39,791 bases of DNA from Chiloscyllium plagiosum (Eukaryota), in the NCBI RefSeq assembly GCF_004010195.1, contig NC_057750.1, forward strand, positions 18,236,917 to 18,276,707. The letters run 5' to 3'. The notes below the pieces were generated by a model. That model saw only the letters and a program-made list of their open reading frames with translations, was not told the origin of the DNA and did no database searches. Shown in pieces: positions 35,298 through 39,791 of this stretch. The translations under genes were made by a program, and so were the position numbers. Position 1 is the first letter of the stretch. Every line of letters begins with the position of its first letter.

Positions 35298-36379
35298 GGT
35301 TCTACATTAATGTGTTTAAGAGGAAGCTGGATGAAACAAAATAGAATATATTGAGTACATTTAATGAAGAAGGGTGGGAGGAGGTTCCTACATAGGAAAA
35401 ACCCACATGAGCCAAACAGAACATAGAAAGAGAAGTAGGCCATTCAGCTGTTCAAGGTTGCTCTGTCATTCAATATGATCAGGGCTGACCTGGGTGGAGT
35501 CTCAACTGCACTTTCATGTCTGCCCCAAATAACATCTGACAGACGTGTTGATCAAATATCTAACCGGGCCTTGAATAAATTCATGATTCAGCTTTCACCA
35601 CTTTCTCGGCAACAGAATTCCACAGACTTACAATGCATTGAGAGAAACCAAAATTTTCCTCTCCATCCACATTTCCTGTAATTTGTTCCCACACTGTGCA
35701 GACCTCCAAGACCTCCAGCTTTCAGAACAGGAATGTGTTGGTCCACCCATTGGCACACACAGAATCTCTGTATGGGTTTGTAGCTTAGAGGAAACGTGGA
35801 TCTCCATCTTAGTCTTAAACTGTATCCTAGCTCCAGTCTCCTATACAATTAAGTCCCCTCAGAATCACATATTTTGAGATATGCTGCCTGACCTGCTGCA
35901 CTTTTCCAGCAACACATTTTCAGCTATTTTGAGATATACATATTTCAAGATAAAGAACCCGAAACTGTACACAGTACTCCAGATGTGGTCTCACCATCAC
36001 CCTGTTCAGCTGCAGTACAACTTCCCTACTGCTAAATTCCATTTCCCTTATAATAAACATCATTTTACTTGCTTACCTAATCATTTACAGTATTAGAGTA
36101 CCGTGATTCATGTCCAAGGGCACTCACATCCACCTATACCACGTTCTGCCATCACTCGTCATTTAAGTCCTATACTGCTTTCCTCATCTTCTTACCAAAG
36201 TAGGCACGTTGAAATTTTCTTACATCTTACATGTGCCTCTGCCACATTTTCCCTTTGCAGACTCTCTACCTCTTCTTGAAAACTTACTTTCCTACGTCCC
36301 TGTATAGGAGGGAATTGCTGCCAGACCTGCTGAGTATCTCCATTCACTTGCTGTTATGTTTTAACATGTGAGACGCCTA

Positions 36380-36720
36380 ACAGTCTCTGGAGCTGGCGCT
36401 GGGTTAGGTGGAAAGGGAGGGCTGAACGGCCTCATCTCTGCTCGTTCCTCTCCCCTCCCTCCATTCACGGGCTCAGAGGATCTCCTGCAGCCAGGACAGG
36501 TCGACACTCACTTGTAGAAGCTGATCCTTCGCTTATCAGCCGCCAGTTGGCCCGCATGCCGCCAGCAATTAGTCACAGTACAATTCTTGGGCATAATGGC
36601 GGCGGCCGCATCCTCAATTCAAACTTCGCTAAACCACCATGGCGTATGGAAGACGTTACTACACAACACACATGCGCACAAACTCCCACGTGACCACCAA
36701 AACCAACCGTCTTTGAATAC
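36380..36720 (-). promoter_or_regulatory. CpG-enriched promoter/first exon of the THAP8-like gene
   Basis: Local CpG enrichment. E-box/USF-type CCACGTGACC at 36686-36695, NRF1-like CATGCGCA at 36671-36678, YY1-like AATGGCGGC at 36595-36603 next to the start codon. Confidence 0.6.
36512..36594 (-). CDS. thap8: THAP domain protein (THAP8 / THAP5-like), coding exon 1
   Basis: gccgccattATG at 36594 reads MPKNCTVTNCWRHAGQLAADKRRISFY(K), with the first two Cys of the C2CH THAP finger. It ends at donor AA|GTGAGT (phase 2). It resembles human THAP8 MPKYCRAPNCSNTAGRLGADNRPVSFYK (recalled) more than THAP5. Confidence 0.9.
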
Positions 36721-37019
36721 CTCTCATTCTGCCAGTATCAAACGTGGAAGCGCCCCTATGATCATCACCATCAATGCAGTATATCGCATCAGAATTCTGC
36801 CATCTTTTATACTGGACATTGGGTGTCGCACAATTCATTGCTGAAAGTAAAACTTTGCTGTTGTTCACACTGGTGAACGAACCACTTTAAATAAAATGCT
36901 TCTTGTTGCTGAATAAGATTGTGGTTAAATCTCTGAATTAATAGGATTGCTCTGGCCTCACCTGAAGCAGCGTGCTCTGTTCTGGGCCCCACATTTCAGG
37001 AAAATGTTTAGATTTTAGA

Positions 37020-37334
37020 TTTTTTTAGATTACATTACAGTGTAGAAACAGGCCCTTCGGCCCAACAAGTCCATACCGACCCGCCGAAGCGAAACCCACC
37101 CATACCTCTACATTTACCCCTTACCTAACACTACGGGCAATTTAGCATGGCCAATTCACCTGACCCTGCACATCTTTTGGACAGTGGGAGGAAACCGGAG
37201 CACCCAGAGGAAACCCACGCAGACACGGGGAGAACGTGCAAACTCCACACAGTCAGTCGCCTGAGGCGGGAATTGAACCCGGGTCTCAGGCACTGTGAGG
37301 CAGCAGTGCTAACCACTGTGCCACCGTGCCGCCC
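37020..37334 (-). mobile_element. HE1/V-SINE, young full-length copy
   Basis: GGGCGGCACGGTGGCACAGTGGTTAGCAC (A box), GGGTTCAATTCCC (B box); near-identical to 8185-8452. Confidence 0.9.
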
Positions 37335-37759
37335 ACTTTTTTTTATCGGGAGTTCTCACCGGTGAGTTTAGATTTTAGACGAAGGTGCATTGAGAATTCA
37401 ACAGAATGGTTCCAGTGAAGAGGAATTTCGATTACTTGATTTGATTAAAAGAAATTGGTCTCTTTGCAGGAAAATACATTAAGAGGAAATTTGATAGGGA
37501 TGTTCAAAATACAGAAGAGGGCTGACCAGAATATGTTTTCATTTGTGGAAAGATCAAGAACCAGGTACCCAGCGAAGAAATACTTAAAGAAATATAATTG
37601 TCCATTTATTGTGTTAGGAGAAAATGAGGGCTGCAAATCAGAGCCGATAGTGTGGTGCTGGAAAAGCACAACAATCCTAATGAAGGGTTTATGCCCGAAA
37701 CGTCGATTCTCCTGCTCCTCGGATGCTGCCTGACATGCTGTGCTTTTCCAGCAACACAC

Positions 37760-38188
37760 TGTGAGAGACGATTTTGGTACAAATAGTTAAGATGTGCATG
37801 ACCTCAGAGTCTAAGGGGAATAGAGCCGTGGGGGTAGGGTAAAACATGCTTCTCTATAATAAAGGATGAGACATCTGCTGCTACAGAGTAGAAAAACAAG
37901 TCCTTGATTGATAAGACCATAACTCTGACAGAGAAGAATAAGTCCTTGACTGATAAGACTACAGGGTAGAAAAACAACTCGGGAAACTGTTGCAGACTTT
38001 GTGAGAATGTGAACCTCGTGACTCGAGCTATAGAGGGGAGGGACTTGTACTGTATTTAATCAGAAACATTGTTAGCCTGGCGCGCCTTTTTTTTTCAAGG
38101 GTGCCCAACTCTGCAGACTTGCTAATAAAACTTTGTTTTCCTGAATTTGTCGAGAGCGATTATTGAGAAGCGATTTTCGTTCCTAACA
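37760..38188 (+). mobile_element. probable solo LTR
   Basis: TG...CA ends with imperfect terminal inverted repeat (TGTGAGAGACGA / TCGTTCCTAACA), internal direct repeats, TATA-like tgtatttaat ~38051, AATAAA at 38124-38129. Confidence 0.55.
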
Positions 38189-38789
38189 GTATGGGTTGGA
38201 TAATAGTGCTTTTTATGCTGTTGACCGAGTGGATCAGATTGTGAAAGTGCCCAGAACAAAAGACAAAGGGATTGCTAATGACTGTGAAGGAGAGATAGAT
38301 GTAAAATGCCCATTATATCTGTCCTTCACCACCATTCACAATCTTAATCTGTTCTGCTCACTTCTCCCCCTCTGTCAATGGTATTAAAACAACAATTTTT
38401 TTAAACCCCTCAGTTCTGAAGTGTCATATTGGACTCAATATGCTAACAGCTTCTCACTGCAAATGCTGCCAGATTTGCCAAGCCTCTCCAGCACTTCCTT
38501 CTTTTATTTCTTGTTGTTGTTGTTTGTGGGTGGCAAATTTAGTTTATTACTGAAATAGAGTGTTGAGGAATTTTCAAACTTTGAGATTAAATGAAAGTGA
38601 TGTTCTTGTCCCAACGTAGTGTAAACATTAATTAACCTTGGAATAGGGAAGCTAAATAAGACAGAAATGATAGATAAGTTGCGAATGTCATCTGCAAACC
38701 ACTAGAAAGACTCCGTCATAAGCTTCATAACTAATCGTGGTTTTTCTCTCCTTCCATAGCCACCATCTTAAGCTGAAACAGTCTGTTTG

Positions 38790-39791
38790 CAGTCATAGAG
38801 TCAGATGTACAGCATGGAAACACACGCTTCAGTCCAACCCGTCCATGCCGACCAGATATCCCAACCCAAACTAGTCCCACCTGCTGGCACCCGGCCCATA
38901 TCCCTCCCTATTCATATACCCATCCAAATGCCTCTTAAATGTTACAATTGTACCAGCCTCCATCACATCCTCTGGCAGCTCATTCCATAAACGTACCACT
39001 CTGTGAAAACGTTGCCTAGTAGGTCTCTTTTATATCTTTCCCCTCTCACCCAAAACCTATGCCCTCTAGTTCTGGACTTCCTGACCCCAGGGAAAAGACT
39101 TTGTCTATTTATCCTATCCATGCCCCTCATAATTTTGTAAACCTCTACAAGATCACCCCTCAACCTCCGACGTTCCAGGGAAAACAGCCCCAGCCCGTTA
39201 AGCCTTTCCTGATAGCTCAAATCCTTCAACCCTGGCAACATCCTTGTAAATCTTTTCTGAACCCTTTCAAGTTTCACAGCAACTTTCCGATAGAAAGGAG
39301 ACCAGAATTGCATGCAATATTCCAATAGTGGTTTAACCAATGTCCTGTACTGACGCAACATGACCTCCCAACTCCTGCACTCAATACTGACCAATAAAGG
39401 AAAGCATACCAAACGCCTTCTTCACTATCCGATCTACCCGCTACTCCACTTTCAAGGAGCTATGAATCTGCACTCCAAGGTCTCTTTGTTCAGCAACACT
39501 CCCTAGGACCTTACCATTAAGTGTGTAAGTCCTGCTAAGATTTGTTTTCCCAAAATGCAGCACCTCGCATTTATCCGAATTAAACTCCAACTGCCACTTC
39601 TCAGCCCATTGGCCCATCTGGTCAAGATCCTGTTGTAATCTGAGGTAACCCTCTTCATTGTCCACTACACCTCCAATTTTGGTGTCATCTGCAAACTTAC
39701 TAACTGCACCTCTTGTGCTTGCATCCAAATCATTTATGTAAATGACAAAAAGTAGAGGACCCTGCACTGATCCTTGTGGCACTCCACTGGT
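38790..39791 (-). mobile_element. CR1 LINE 3' part (RT), continues beyond the window
   Basis: ORFs 39441..39782 (PQGSVQGPLLFVIYINDLD...SKFADDTKIGG) and 38963..39412. Confidence 0.92.

Noticed and set aside
32512..36594. THAP domain as part of a P-element/THAP9 transposase
   Set aside because: No transposase catalytic domain or TIRs; the architecture is THAP + HBM + coiled coil, typical of a host transcription factor.
36639..36716. Plus-strand ccaccATGg 25-codon ORF as a head-to-head partner (WDR62 or DNAJB9)
   Set aside because: Short, no similarity to either protein as recalled, no donor before the stop, and only 44 nt from the THAP ATG.
37260..37334. tRNA genes
   Set aside because: The A/B boxes belong to SINE heads followed by a V-domain and LINE-like tail; no complete cloverleaf.

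Overview
Vertebrate, repeat-rich genomic DNA, most likely from a cartilaginous fish (shark): it carries HE1/V-SINE-type SINEs, CR1 and L2 LINE debris and Penelope-like elements (PLEs). Two genes lie in tandem on the minus strand. (1) A complete 4-exon THAP-domain gene (CDS 36594-36512, 32704-32512, 28561-27464, 17351-17226; 499 aa) that best matches THAP8 (THAP5/8 group) and has an EHSY HCF-1-binding motif and a coiled coil. (2) A CpG-island gene whose single large exon (14060-13183) encodes an intact but divergent MGA-type T-box. This is plausibly an MGA paralogue (ohnologue) absent from mammals. It has an in-frame upstream ORF/poly-His extension cut by a TGA, and its next strong acceptor leads into a CR1 fragment. 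The most striking non-coding signal is a dense set of minimal hammerhead-ribozyme cores (CUGANGA-stem II-GAAACGUC) in at least three families of short, palindromic, TSD-flanked PLE-derived inserts and in PLE termini. Also present: a ~98% identical 236-bp local inverted duplication in THAP8 intron 3, a probable solo LTR upstream of THAP8, and a 118-N assembly gap. All family and orthology calls come from manual reading and remembered sequences; no searches were run.
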